NCBI RefSeq assembly: GCF_006345805.1
Contig: NC_042997.1
Coordinates: forward strand, 202,864,001-202,928,000
Direction of reading: 5' to 3'
From: Octopus sinensis
Lineage: Eukaryota
Length of the DNA stretch: 64,000 bases
The stretch's first letter is position 1. Each line of letters starts with the position of its first letter. The translations under genes were made by a program, and so were the position numbers. This document shows positions 39,257-51,785 of the stretch, piece after piece. The notes under the pieces are model-generated. The model saw nothing but the letters and a program-made list of their open reading frames with translations, did not search any database and was not told the DNA's origin.

Positions 39257-40095
39257 CAGAGTGTTTGGGCTAAATTTGATTTTTTTTATGTCTCCTGTTT
39301 TCAGGAAAAGCTAGATGTATTGGTGAACAGTCAGTAACATTAGAGAGCAAAAAGACTAAAGTCGTAGTTAAGAAAAAGTTAACTGGCATGGATGACTGGA
39401 AACTATCTGATTATTGGAAAAGAGTTGCATATATCATGATGATTTGCACAATGTGTGAAAATGCCGACACCATGACTACTGCTTGAGACTTTGTAAACAT
39501 TGTAAAGGCTATAAGATGTGACATGGACTGCTGCGATAGAGACTTTGAAGTTGTGGCCAGCAGAAAGGGATACAGCAGGCTTTCTGATTGTGTCTGCATG
39601 CTGGAATTAACCTCTACATCTTTGGCTCAATCCAGATGACTATGTGGAACTGTTGGGACTGTGGTCAATCCCTGGCAGGAGAGGGTTGCTGCTGGAAGGC
39701 CATATGTATGGCAGCAAGATTCAACTCCTTACCATACCTCCAGAAAGAGTTAGAAGTGGTTGTCAGAGAATCTTTATGGCTTCATTAGCCCCATTTTCTG
39801 GGATCCTAATTCCCTTCATTGTAATCCAATGGATTACAATTGTGGGGTACACCTGAGAAAGACACCAACCACTCTGCATGCAACACCAAGGTTGAACTAG
39901 TGGCCAAGATCAAAGAGGTGTTTGAAGATCTTCCCAGGGACACAGTGAGAGTGGCTACTTTGAGTAAACTTATCTCCCAGCCATAATCTAGTTGATACTT
40001 TTTGATTTAAAAAAAAAACTTTTATTTTTGTATGGTATATTGTGTTTTCTTTTCCTCCTTTTATGCAAACTATCAAATTTAGCCCAAACACCCTG
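39257..40095 (+). mobile_element. Internally deleted DD37D (maT) Tc1/mariner transposon (839 bp)
   Basis: 24-bp TIRs (39257-39280 / 40072-40095, 23/24 match); VWQQD(39718)STPYHTSRKS*KWLSEN...WDPNSLHCNPMD(39832)Y has 37 residues between the two Asp. Confidence 0.9.
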
Positions 40096-42242
40096 TGCTC
40101 ACACACACACACTGTAATATCTAATATCTACAGTATGTTTCAACTAGATTATTCATCATCGTTTCGTTTAACGTCCGCTTTCCATGCTAGCATGGGTTAG
40201 ATGAGATTGATCTTTAGAAATTACTATTTTTAAATCTCACAACATGACTAGTTGTCACTTTGAAAACTATATATTTTGAGCAGGAATTTGGCAGCGCCAT
40301 CTCTAGCTGTGCTGATGAAGAGAAATAACTCAGAAATGATGATACACAGATATTGTTTTGAGCTGAGTGGGGGTGCTAGATTCCCTTGTTCGAAAATATA
40401 AGGACACAGATTGTGTCATATAGCCAGCTGGAGACGATGTCTCCTGGGGCTAAATTACAGCATCATTAGTCCTAAACCAGGACTGCCATGTTATATTGGC
40501 AAGCAATCTCTACTATAATAGATTGATCTTTGTCATCAGATGTTACATTCCTGGTTGTGTAGCAGGTCCTAGATTGAATTCCAGCTAGGAACATTTAACA
40601 ACTCAAACATTCAAGTGGTTTTTTTTCTTTTTTTTAAAGTGTATGGTGAACTGCAAATGTGTTGTATGTCTGTTAGAGAATTAAGATATTAAGATGTGTA
40701 ACTGTTTTCATGTTTGTTTCTCTGTTTATGGGCTCAGCCTCAGATTTAGAAGATTACAGGGAAATGTATACATGTATATGTAATCTATTTTATGTTTATA
40801 CATTTGCTTCTCTCCAATTTATTTTGATTCACAGAGGCTTTCTTTTCCCATTACATTTTTAAAGAATCAAAAAATGTCTCTTTGAAAGTTTTCATCTATA
40901 TTTTTTAATTGATTTGTGTATGTTGAATAACTTTTGAAGAATACATTTTCTGTTGTTTGATGCTCCAAATAATGCAATATACGATTCATAATAGTGATTT
41001 GTTTTGAGTTTTACTATTTTCTTTTAAGTGAATCTTATTTTGTGTTGATGGTGTGAAGTGGAAAATGAATTTTTTTTTTGAAATTGTCATTATATAGTTT
41101 TCTTTGCATGAGTAAATCAATAATCTTAAGAGCATCCTTTCAGTTCTGTTGCAAAAATTATTGTTTTTATATAATGCCTTAACAATTTTTCTTTTTCTTT
41201 GAGGGTGGTGGATGGTAGGCTTAGTAGAACACCAGACAAGATAGCATGTGGAGTGGGGTATTTTGCCATGTCCATTTACATTATGAGTTCAAATTCTGCC
41301 CAAGTCAGCTTTGTCATCCTCAAGGGATGAAAAACAGTCATATACTGAGATTCAGTTTAATCAAATATGCTCCCTGTAAATTTATGGCCTTGTGCTAATG
41401 CAAGAAATCCATACTTTTTCTTTCTTAAATGTATCATTATCTCTAAAAAATAAATTTCCAGTCACAGTTATCAAATTAGAATGTTCCTATTGTTGATGGC
41501 TGCAATATGCTTTTTACTTTGGATTTTTTATAATTCATTGATGAAAACAAGGGAACAGTTTGTACCTCACTTCCCTTGTTTTGGACAACTTGCATTTAAA
41601 ACCCCCAAAGTTACAACAAATACTAGTCTCACATTCTCTGACCTTTCTGAAGATTGGGTACATAGGAGTCCAGATCAACTTAACCTTTCATCTGTCAGTA
41701 AAATAAGTAGTTGTATTTCTGTTTGGGTAAAGTTTGGCATTGGAATGGTGTGCATTCTGATTTTTAAGGCCAACAGTCTTTTGACTGACCACATATCAAA
41801 TAGTTTTTTCTTTGATAAATATTTGTGTGTCTTAGGATCCTTGAATATTTGTGAATATTTCAAAACATTTTATCATATTTAAATTTGGTATGGTATAGAA
41901 ATATTGAATGAAATGTTAAATGAAACTAAGTTGAAAATATTTTTGCACAAAATGTTTTAAAAGCAAAAATATACATAAAAAAAATGTTGTGTAAATAATT
42001 TCTTCCTGGTTGTCAAACTAACACCATGCATATTTGTAGTCTTTGTGTGAGCTAAGAGGCTTTTTCAATCTAGCCATAAGTTATTCATTTTCAATGTCAC
42101 AATGACCAGATTGAGAACTTTAAAAAACTGCAATTTAATTTATGCACTGTGTTGTTGAGAACATGTAAGAATACCTTTTGAATTCCATTTCACAGCAAGA
42201 TGAAATATGTCAAGCATTTCAATATTCTTTGGTGTACTTATA

Positions 42243-42274
<32 letters not shown>

Positions 42275-42600
42275 ATATATATATATATATATAATTAGTT
42301 GTAGATCATTATGACTACCTTTTAATTCTACATACTTCTTGTCTGAATTAATATATGGAACAATCTTAATGTAATATCTGAATTTAAATTGATATTTCTG
42401 TTAGGTCTATCATAATCTAACTGAAAAGGAAAGATATAAAACAGTTTCCTGTAAGATTGGTAACCTACAAGCTATTTAATAACATTTCAAGATACAGTTT
42501 TGTAATGGTGTAGACTTGTGTCTGGACTTTATTTTACATTCTATGCTAAAAGTTTGACAGCATTGACCTGTACTCAAAAGAACTATTTATATGATAGGTA

Positions 42601-42948
42601 CAGGAATGGCTGTGTGGTAAGAAACTTGTTTCCCAACCACATGGTTCTGGGTTCAATCCCACTGTGTGGTGTCATGGGCAGGTGTCTTCTACTATAGCCC
42701 TGGGCGAATCAAAGCCTTGTGAGTGGATTTGGTAGACAGAAACTGAAAGAAATCCGGTGTGTGTGTGTGTTTGTGTCTGTGTTTGTCCTCCCACCATTGC
42801 TTGACAACCGATGTTGGTGTGGTTTGACAAAAGATACTGATAGAATAAGCATTAGGCTTGCAAAGAATAAGTCCTGGGGTCAATTTGTTCGACTGAAGGT
42901 GGTGCTCCAGCATGGCTGCAGTCAAATGACTGAAACAATTAAAAGAAT
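42601..42948 (+). mobile_element. Family A SINE
   Basis: Colinear with 2009-2395 and 29492-29950. Confidence 0.87.
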
Positions 42949-43039
42949 ACTTAAATCATCTTAAAAAGCATTCAATTAGTTATGGGAAAAATATCTGAAA
43001 TATCGCATCTACTTGATACTGCAGGTTGTTTGTTGATAA

Positions 43040-43200
43040 TGAAGGCATGTAGTGCAGTAATTAGGCTGTTTAGCTCCCGATCGTAAGGTTGTGAGTTTGA
43101 TTCCTGACAGTGCATTATGTCCTTGAGCAAGACACTTATTTCATGCTGCTCCAGTCTACTCAGCTGGCAAAAATTAGTTGTACCTGTATTTCAAAGCAGT
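43040..43200 (+). mobile_element. tRNA-headed SINE, third family
   Basis: gtgagtttgattcctg...tgtccttgagcaagacac...ttcatgctgctccagtctactcag; reverse-strand copy at ~61170-61280. Confidence 0.65.
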
Positions 43201-45399
43201 AGAGTGCCAGTGTTTGTTGATATGAAGAGAGGTGAACTGTCTTGAATTTTCTGAATGAATGATCAGTACATTTAATTGAAGTTAATGTTTAGACTGTAAT
43301 GTTTTACTGGTTATGAGCAGCACAGATATTTAAGGTAGTTCCAAAGATGTTCTATGTGGAATAGAAGTATTGGGCAAATTGTTTATGATGCAGTCACATA
43401 GACATTATAAGATTTATTAATACAAACTCAGGGGTATTAAGTGATTTGAGTGATACCTGTATGAAGTTTAAAATAGAAGATACCATGATGGAGTTGTTAC
43501 AGCATCAGATAAAATGTCTTGTGATATTTGTTCTGAATCCTTGAGCAATGGATTGGCAAATTTGTATGAACATCAAACTGTATGCCTTGCAGTAATTTGT
43601 TCCAGCTGTTTGCATTCTAAGGACAAAATTGCACCACAGCTTACTTGATTGGTAGACTTAATCCATTGCCTGGCTTAACACCTTCACTACTTAGCACCTT
43701 GAGTGCCCTGAATGAAGTTAACTTGTTTCAAGCATTTGGATCAAATCTCCAGTTCAAGGATACCTTTCTCCCTCCCTCCCTCCCACTGGTTTGAGAAGTC
43801 CTGTACAGAGCCATGAACACTGCTTTCACTCTTGATAAAAGGTAAGAGAAGCAAAAAATAAAAATAATAAAAAGAGGAAGTGATCTTCAGAATGGACTAA
43901 CAGTTTGAGAGTATTTATCAGCTTTTTTGTGGCTGTGTTATGATATTAATATGTAGGTCTCTCTTATGTGTACAACCTTTCAGACATACAAGAAGTACTC
44001 AATTGTGTGTCATGTTATGTCTTAAAATGGTTTAATAACAGTTGAAAAAAAAAAAAAAAATAATAACTGAAGTATTTTTTATCCCCAGAGAAAAACCCAG
44101 CCTCTTTTATGCACTTCTAACTATGTTGTAGATGTAGTTGCTTCTGTAAGTATTGTTAGATTTTGGCCACAATTAGTTGACATTAAATGTAACCCACTTA
44201 AGTAGAATGTTATGACCTATAATTCAGAAAAGACAGTTGGATGAGCTCAAGGATCAATTTATTTGAGCAGTAGATATTATAGCTCATAAAACTATAATAG
44301 ATGAGTTACAGGCTTGGAAAGACTTTGATAAAAGTGTGTAGAATAAAGAAATGCTAGAATGTTTGGTAGAAAAGTTTAACTTTGCTAAGGGAGAGGTTTG
44401 GTATTGTTTTGTACTGTAGGGATATAAAGGGTATTGTTTTGTGCTACAAGTATTTCATATTGCAAAAACTATCATTAAGTTCATAATGACATTAGCAGAC
44501 TTGTTTTTTATAATGATAAAAGGAAGGGTTTGAGAGTTTGTTAAGCAAGGAATATGACTGTAATAGGAGATGCAACCCCAGTGGTACAAACAGAGGGGCC
44601 ATGTGTAGAGATTAGCATGGGTCTATTTAGAAACAATATATGTTTAATAAATGTTCAAAAATTGGTTTAACTTTTACAACAGTCACCATGGTCTGTATTC
44701 CAGTCACAAAATCATTATGGAGAGAAAGCACAGCATATAATGCAAATAGTATTCTGTTAATAAAGGGTAAGGATCATGATGTTTGGGCTGGCTGCTAAGA
44801 AAGACATGTTATTGACTGATTCATGAGAGCAGTTCCTATATGAATTGACATACTGTAAGCATGATCTGGATTGGTAACCAGTTTAGTGTCTAGGTGGGTA
44901 TTAACCAGAGCCCTGATCATAGCTCACATCACTTCATTATGATCTTTGAAGCAAATAACACAAGGACTGAGAGTCTTTGAAAATGTTTAAATGCTAATCA
45001 TCTTCCTTTTGAAGAAACTACTAGAGACTGGCAGAAAACCTATATCAAAAAGAGTGGTTCTAATCAAGTTTTAAATAAATATTATTGGTTGCAGGGAATG
45101 CTAACAAACACTGGAACTGCTTTTGTTTAATGTATGTTCTGTTAGTGGATTGCCATGATAAATGACCTGGTTCACTGTCTTGAAGACAAATTGATTCATA
45201 ATTTTGTACATCTCACTGCCACCCTCCTCAAAAAATAACCATTAAGATCTCAAATATATAATATGAATTTCAAAAGAAATGGGTTCAATCTTGTATTGTT
45301 ATTTGTAATGTTTTGTAACAAAGAAATATGTATCTGTATTTAGTTTGCAAGATTCTTGATGTGAATTTGTCTGTGGAAACAAATTTTGTTTTGTCTTAG

Positions 45400-45701
45400 G
45401 AGAGTCATTACACCAATAATCCGTACACATGCACAGGTTCATTTCTATTTCTTTATTGTTAGTCTATTGGTGAAATATCTAACCAACTAACTAATCAGTC
45501 GTTTGTTTGATGTGTTAATTCTCAGACAGAAAAAAACAGGCAAAAGAACTTTGATGGACAAACAAACAACTGATTGATTGTTTAACCAACATGTTAAACA
45601 AATGATTGATGAGTTAGTTGGTTGGATATTTAACCAATTGTATAAAAATAAAGAAGTAGAAATGAACTTGTGCATGAGTTATTATTGGTGTAATGACTCT
45701 C
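45400..45701. mobile_element. Foldback/MITE (302 bp) with ~105-bp inverted arms
   Basis: Outer 21 bp perfectly complementary (45400-45420 / 45681-45701); arms 45400-45508 and 45596-45701 roughly 80-85% complementary by eye. Confidence 0.85.
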
Positions 45702-48700
45702 AATGCACAACAAAATCTGTGTAAGTAAAGGTGTTAAAAATTACTGACTCTTATCTGATTCCAAATCCTGACACTGTTAAGGCATTACACTACTTCAGTG
45801 TTCTTTGATGATGAACTATTTGAATTTTTGGAATCAATACTTACCCATAATATTGCTCTCAGTAAATCATAGTTTAATACCTGTTTTCCATGCTGGCATG
45901 GGTTGGATGGTTTAACAAGAGTTGGCCAACTGAAGAGCTGCCCAGGCTCTGTGACTGTTTTGTAAATATTTCATGAAATTGTGAAAAATAGATACTGGGT
46001 AGGGGGATTAGTGAATTGATATTTTAGTGTATGTAATTGTTATGGTGTAACTTCTTAATTTTCCCCACTATCTTCATTCTTTAACTTAAATTATGTGATA
46101 TCGATCCATCCAAAACCACCCTTGCTTTTATGATACAAACTTCCTGTTTTAAAGTTATCCAAATTAAAACCTATTAAAATTTCATGTTATGTTTCAAACA
46201 CCAACTTAATAACTTATTTTACTAAATTCTTCATTATTTTCAAAACCAATTGAAGCAATATTTCGACAGAAATATGGGAACAAAAGGGTTAATTGATTTC
46301 ATGTTTTTGTTTTGTCATTTCATCTGATTTTCATATTTCTTATTACTATCATATCTACAATAAAATTTTAAACGAATAATTTTTTTCACTAAATCCTGTT
46401 AGATATCTCCCCTAATTCTATTAATTTGCAACACTTTTTCACAATAGCTTTGGGACCCAAAGATATAGCTCTCTCTTTTATTAAAAGTATTCTTGGTTCC
46501 TAATTTCCATTAATTCTCACCTTAAGAAAATGAACATTATAGATTGTATAATATTTTTGATTTTCACATTTACCAATTTATCATTATGCTCCCATTCTTA
46601 CACAATACGAAGTGTTTAATAGTTACAACTAAACTTCAAATTTCAGGTTTTTTTGTTTTTTTTAGTGAAATAAGTTCACATGCTGAAAAGCAAAAAAAAA
46701 AAGCAAAGAAAATCTAGAAAGAAGAAAAAAATTCTGTCCTGTATCACCCCCACTGTTTCCATTAGTTACTGATTACTGCAGTAGTAAGTAGCTTTAGATG
46801 TGATAAATGGGTAGGGAAGGTCAACAGTCTTAATGGTCTGTGTGCTTATTTAACAAATAACATCAGCAGCATTAAATGACTCTAGCTCTATCTAGCAACA
46901 CTACCACCATCAGCCCTTCACAAAGCTTAGACACATGGTAGCTAACTGGCAGCCAGCTGGGACAGAGACTATTTTTTTTTTTTTTTGAAAATATCTAACA
47001 GTTCTATAACATCTCAAAAGGATGTAACCATTCCTATGTAGCATCGGTGTTAATATCTAATATTTACAGTGAAATGATTTTCAGTCATATACGCCCAGTG
47101 TTATCTTCCATTGTTTATGTGAATTTCCAAAGCCTGTAAGTTAATGTTGACTCATTTTGTTGTTCTTCCAGGATGTAGCAGTGTTGTGAACTGTGATTGT
47201 TAGCTTGTTTTAATGTTTATAACCTGTTTAATTTTCAACACTTGTGGGAATATAATCCGTAATCCACAAGCAAGATTTGTATATGTATGTGTGCATACAA
47301 AATATGTATGTGTATGTGTGTGTATATATATATATGCAGATTTTGAATATGCTTCCTAAATTTGTAAACGAAATATTCAACTTGTTTGATTTTTTTTTTT
47401 GTTTTGTTTTACAAATAATTTCTTTAACTTTGTTCATTATCTGTTATTTTGGAGAAAAGCAATCAGATATACGCTGATGAAATTTATTTCAACCTTATTC
47501 TAGATTCTTTCACTATGCTAAAAAACAGTAATTGAAAAAAAAAAATTCTAAGCTTTCTTTCAGTTTAGTGTGCAATATTTTTTCAGAAACAATTTTAGTT
47601 TATTCTAACTTGAGGATAAAACTTTAATCTCTTGTTGCAATTTTTATAGTTGAGAAAACATTTCCTCTTTATTTAAAAAAATAAAAATGCTTGTATTTAC
47701 TTTGTGTTTATCCATTACGTTAAAGATTTTAATTTATGTTCTGGAATAGGAGAAATATTCTTTAGAAATTTATGCCTTTAAGTGATAGTGTTATAAACAC
47801 ACATGCATGTGCGAACTCAGTTTTATTTAAGAGTTTTCAAATGCTGTAATATAAATCAAGCACTTGTATTCATTTACTCAAATAATTTTATTTCATATTA
47901 AAATATGAAAATAAAACCTAAGTGATTATGTAAATTCTAAAACAAATGAATTTGATGTTAAGTTGTTATTCCTTTCATTGACATGTTGTTTAGAATTTGT
48001 ATTTTCATGTAGATTTGTAGGGATTAAAGTATGACTGTTTTCTCTTATCTACTATTTTCCTGTACTCTAACTTTACTTAATGTAAACCAGAAGCAAAGAT
48101 TTTATAACTGGATAGCTTTCCTAAATCCAACCCCACATTGTATGCGTGTGTTTGTGTGTGCATACAAAAGAAGTGAAAGAGACTCATAAAATAAATATAT
48201 AATCTTAATCTACTCACTTACTACATAAATCAGATATGTTAGATATGTATAAATAATATACAATAATATCCAAAATACAACAAATTCTTAACATAACTAC
48301 ATGGAATTATTTTATTAAATAATTAACAATCAGATGATATAATAATTACATAAATTCTGATACATGAACTCAGCAGACCTATGATTAAGGATATTCCAAT
48401 TATGACCATTCCATCTTTTGGTAAGACATAGGTTGTATAGAGGCTAATTTTCCAGTGTGTCCTTCACTGTTGTGATTCGAGGGGTTTTTTGTCTGTTTCT
48501 TGCAAGTCATGACAATATGATTAATACATCATATGAGATACTTGATGTGTCATAAATCTGTCCAGCTCAGACCACCTCTGAAAAATGATCTTAATCCAGT
48601 ATTGTATTTACATTTGTAACTAGAATGTTATTAAAGAGACAACTGAATCCATAAAAAATGTTTTCGTGTTAAAAAAGAAAAAAGAACCAAAAAGATATTG

Positions 48701-49762
48701 TCTGTTACCAAATATTTCTTTGGATCAATATTTAATCAAAATTTATTTGAAAGATAATTAAGAACTAATTGGAAAACATATTCATTTCAATTTTCAAACA
48801 TTATTGTCTATTCTATGAAAGAAAGTAGTGTGTGCTTTTTTCCCCCCTGTCTCCAAAGAAGACTAGTCTTTGGGATAGAAATTTAGCTGTTATATGAGAC
48901 TTAGCATTTGTAACAATGACTTTGAGGGTCTTAGCTATAATTTGTTTAGGATTTTTTTTCTTTTTTTTTTGTGCTGTGGAAACAAAGTAGTTTCTTGTCT
49001 TTATTAGAGGATATATTTGAGTGGTCTGTGTTCATGGAAGCAGTACAGGTTTGGCATAAAGCATTTAACTTGCAGGTAGATGATAGCTGGATTCAGAAAG
49101 TTAAGATAGAACAGTGACACCAGCCACATTGGTGTGGGCATTGTCAGGTGTGACAGCAGGGCTGTGGAGTTGGTGTACCAAACCTTCAACTCTGATTTTA
49201 GCTCCTCTGTTTGTAATTAGATTAATCATTTATTGATTTAAAACACACAATATGTACTTTTAGTGCCCTAACCTGTTAACGCTTGGGTTTAAAGGCTACT
49301 GCTGTTGTGGTTTATTTATTAAAGCAGTTACACACAAGCACAAAGCAAAATAAAAAAAACCAAAAAAAAAAACCACTGTTTTTATCAAAAGGCTAAAAAA
49401 AAAAAAAACTGTTGAAGATTTTTATTTACCAGTTCAAAAATCTAAACTACATCAAAGTTAAAATGAAATGACTTAACACTTAAAGCAATTTAACCATTGA
49501 CCTTTTTGAAAACAAAATAATTTCAATTAGATATGTAGCCCTTCTAATTCAGAATTAAAGCATTGTTTAAATATATAATTTAAGTGAATTTAACATGAAG
49601 AGTAACATTAAATGAAATAATTATTTTATAAAATATTGACAAGTTTATTAAAGACATATCTATAAAATAAGGATTAAATCACCAATCCATATCTAAAATT
49701 TACTGTCTTGTTCTTAGAAATAGAACCACTTTTACCAGATCCATCTACATAGAAACTTTTAG

Positions 49763-49989
49763 CCCTCTGGCATTCAAATTACTCTGTAATGCTTATTTAT
49801 TCACATCGTTTTGAATTAATCATCCATTATCTTGTACCTTTGAGATTTCTATGATGTAATTATTATTTTTAGAATGACATTGTTGGGTAGATGTGAAAAG
49901 CTAGATCTTGTGGGTTTGAATATAGAGAATTTTTGGGCTGGATATGGCAGAATTTTTGGGCTAGATATAGCAGTTTAAATACTAAAAGG
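49763..49989. mobile_element. piggyBac-type MITE, second copy, with an internal 24-bp duplication
   Basis: Homologous to 9473-9672; right flank TTAA; agaatttttgggct(g/a)gatat(g/a)gc occurs twice. Confidence 0.55.
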
Positions 49990-51137
49990 TTAAATCTAAT
50001 TTATTTTTCAATGCAGTAAACAGTCCAATTATTGTGAAATTGGGAAATTTTTAACATGTTAGATTTATCATTGGAGTGAGTACATTTTTAACTTTAGTAA
50101 CCCAGTAACTGCTTCCAACTCTAACTCGACAATCCTGAAAGACAGCATGTAGATTGTTGAGGTGGGGGACTTGACCAAACCCTGCGATAGAGTTGAGAGT
50201 TGAGCAGAAGGAATAGAACAGCATGTTGTGATGTGATCTGACAAGAAGCTTCTAATGCAAGAGATGGGATAAAAATAATTGCTTTATAATTGAAAACAGT
50301 AGAATGATCATCTTAGAGTGGTCATCTCCATTTTACAAATATGATCCTAAAGAGATTTTTGAATTAATCTTGACTATAAAATAAGGACTTGTAACTTTTG
50401 CATAAGGTTACAAATATTTTTGGGGTGGGTGGGGTGGGTGTGAAGTCAAACTAATGCAGAGCCTGACTCGTACATATTTTGTAGATGATTAAAACCAAAT
50501 CCAGCAGGATTTCAGTTCATTATGTAAAGGGATGGAGTGAAATACTGCAAGGTATTTAACTGGCACCCTACCGTTTCTTCTACTCCACCTCCATAACCTT
50601 TAATAGAATAATGGTTGGCTATTTCTAGATTAATTTTCCGATAAGAATATTTTAATGCATTTATATCATTCTGAATTTAATCAGATTATTCCCTCTCTCA
50701 CATATACTCTTTAAAGGAAGCATTTGTAAGATAGTTACTACTTAATGTAGTATGTTGAAATAAAAATCAAATGGATTTAATTGTTTATACCAATTAAATA
50801 GCAAAAAAAAAAAAAAAAATGTAAATCCACAAAGTTGGAAAAGCTTGAAGGTAAAATGCTAAAATGTTGTTATAATCATATTCTTTAGTAATGTGTGTTT
50901 ATTTGTGAGAGTTTAATTAAAAGACAGTTTTATAAATTCAAGTATTCTGGTTTATCATGTTTATCGATATGGATTTTATCAACATAGTCCATGTTTACAG
51001 TTTTTGTGATGTTACAATACATTTACAAAGTTTGCACTTCACATTTACCGTCTTTTTCTCTTGGTTTAAGAAGAAATTTTAAATGTTTTTACTTGTTTTG
51101 AGACTTATTTGCTGATAATGTAAGACCTGGAGGAAAA

Positions 51138-51203
51138 TTAAAAGTTTTCCTGGAATGTATCACAAACAAATTCCAAAGCCTGGTCTTCAGTGATGTAGTT
51201 GTG
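51138..51203 (-). CDS. Candidate terminal coding exon of an unidentified gene
   Basis: Acceptor ctgttgtgttatttccag; phase 0 HNYITEDQALEFVCDTFQENF*; AT-rich downstream sequence with AATAAA near 50900. Confidence 0.28.
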   Translation of the reverse strand, partial: HNYITEDQALEFVCDTFQENF

Positions 51204-51559
51204 CTGGAAATAACACAACAGATTTCATTTTCTCTCTCTCTGTCTCTCTCTCTCACACAAATAAATAAATATGTGTTTTCCTGCTAATCCGATTTAGCCT
51301 CTTTTATCTTCCTTTATTGCTTCTAATTTGTGTGTGTGTGGGGGAGAGAGAGAGAGAGAGAGAGATTTTGAAACTAAAATAAAGAAATATTTTGTAAAAA
51401 GAAAACTGTTACTGTTTAAAATCAAAATAGTGAAACATTTAGAGATAAATTGAGCCAGCAGTCAAGATGCCTGGTCATTTCTAAAAATATTTTGCTCTTA
51501 ATCATTTTAAAACACACAACTGATTGCTTAATTTTGTTTGTACTTTGTCTAAACTACAG

Positions 51560-51785
51560 TCTTCTTCTTCTTCTTCTTCTTCTTCTTCTTCTTCTTCTTC
51601 TTCTTCTTCTCTTCTTCTCTTCTTCTTCTTCTTCTTCTTCTTCTTCTTCTTCTTCTTCTTCTTCTTCTTCTTCTTCTTCTTCTTCCTTCTTCTTCTTCTT
51701 CTTCTTCTTCTTCTTCTTCTTCTTCTTCTTCTTCTTCTTCTTCTTCTTCTTCTTCTTCTTCTTCTTCTTCTTCTTCTTCTTCTTC
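51560..51785. repeat. (TTC)n/(GAA)n microsatellite, ~75 units
   Basis: 226 bp of nearly pure TTC with minor interruptions at ~51610-51620 and ~51686. Confidence 0.98.

Noticed and set aside
41481-41882. 133-aa ORF
   Set aside because: Composition typical of AT-rich noncoding sequence, no motif and no splice or promoter support
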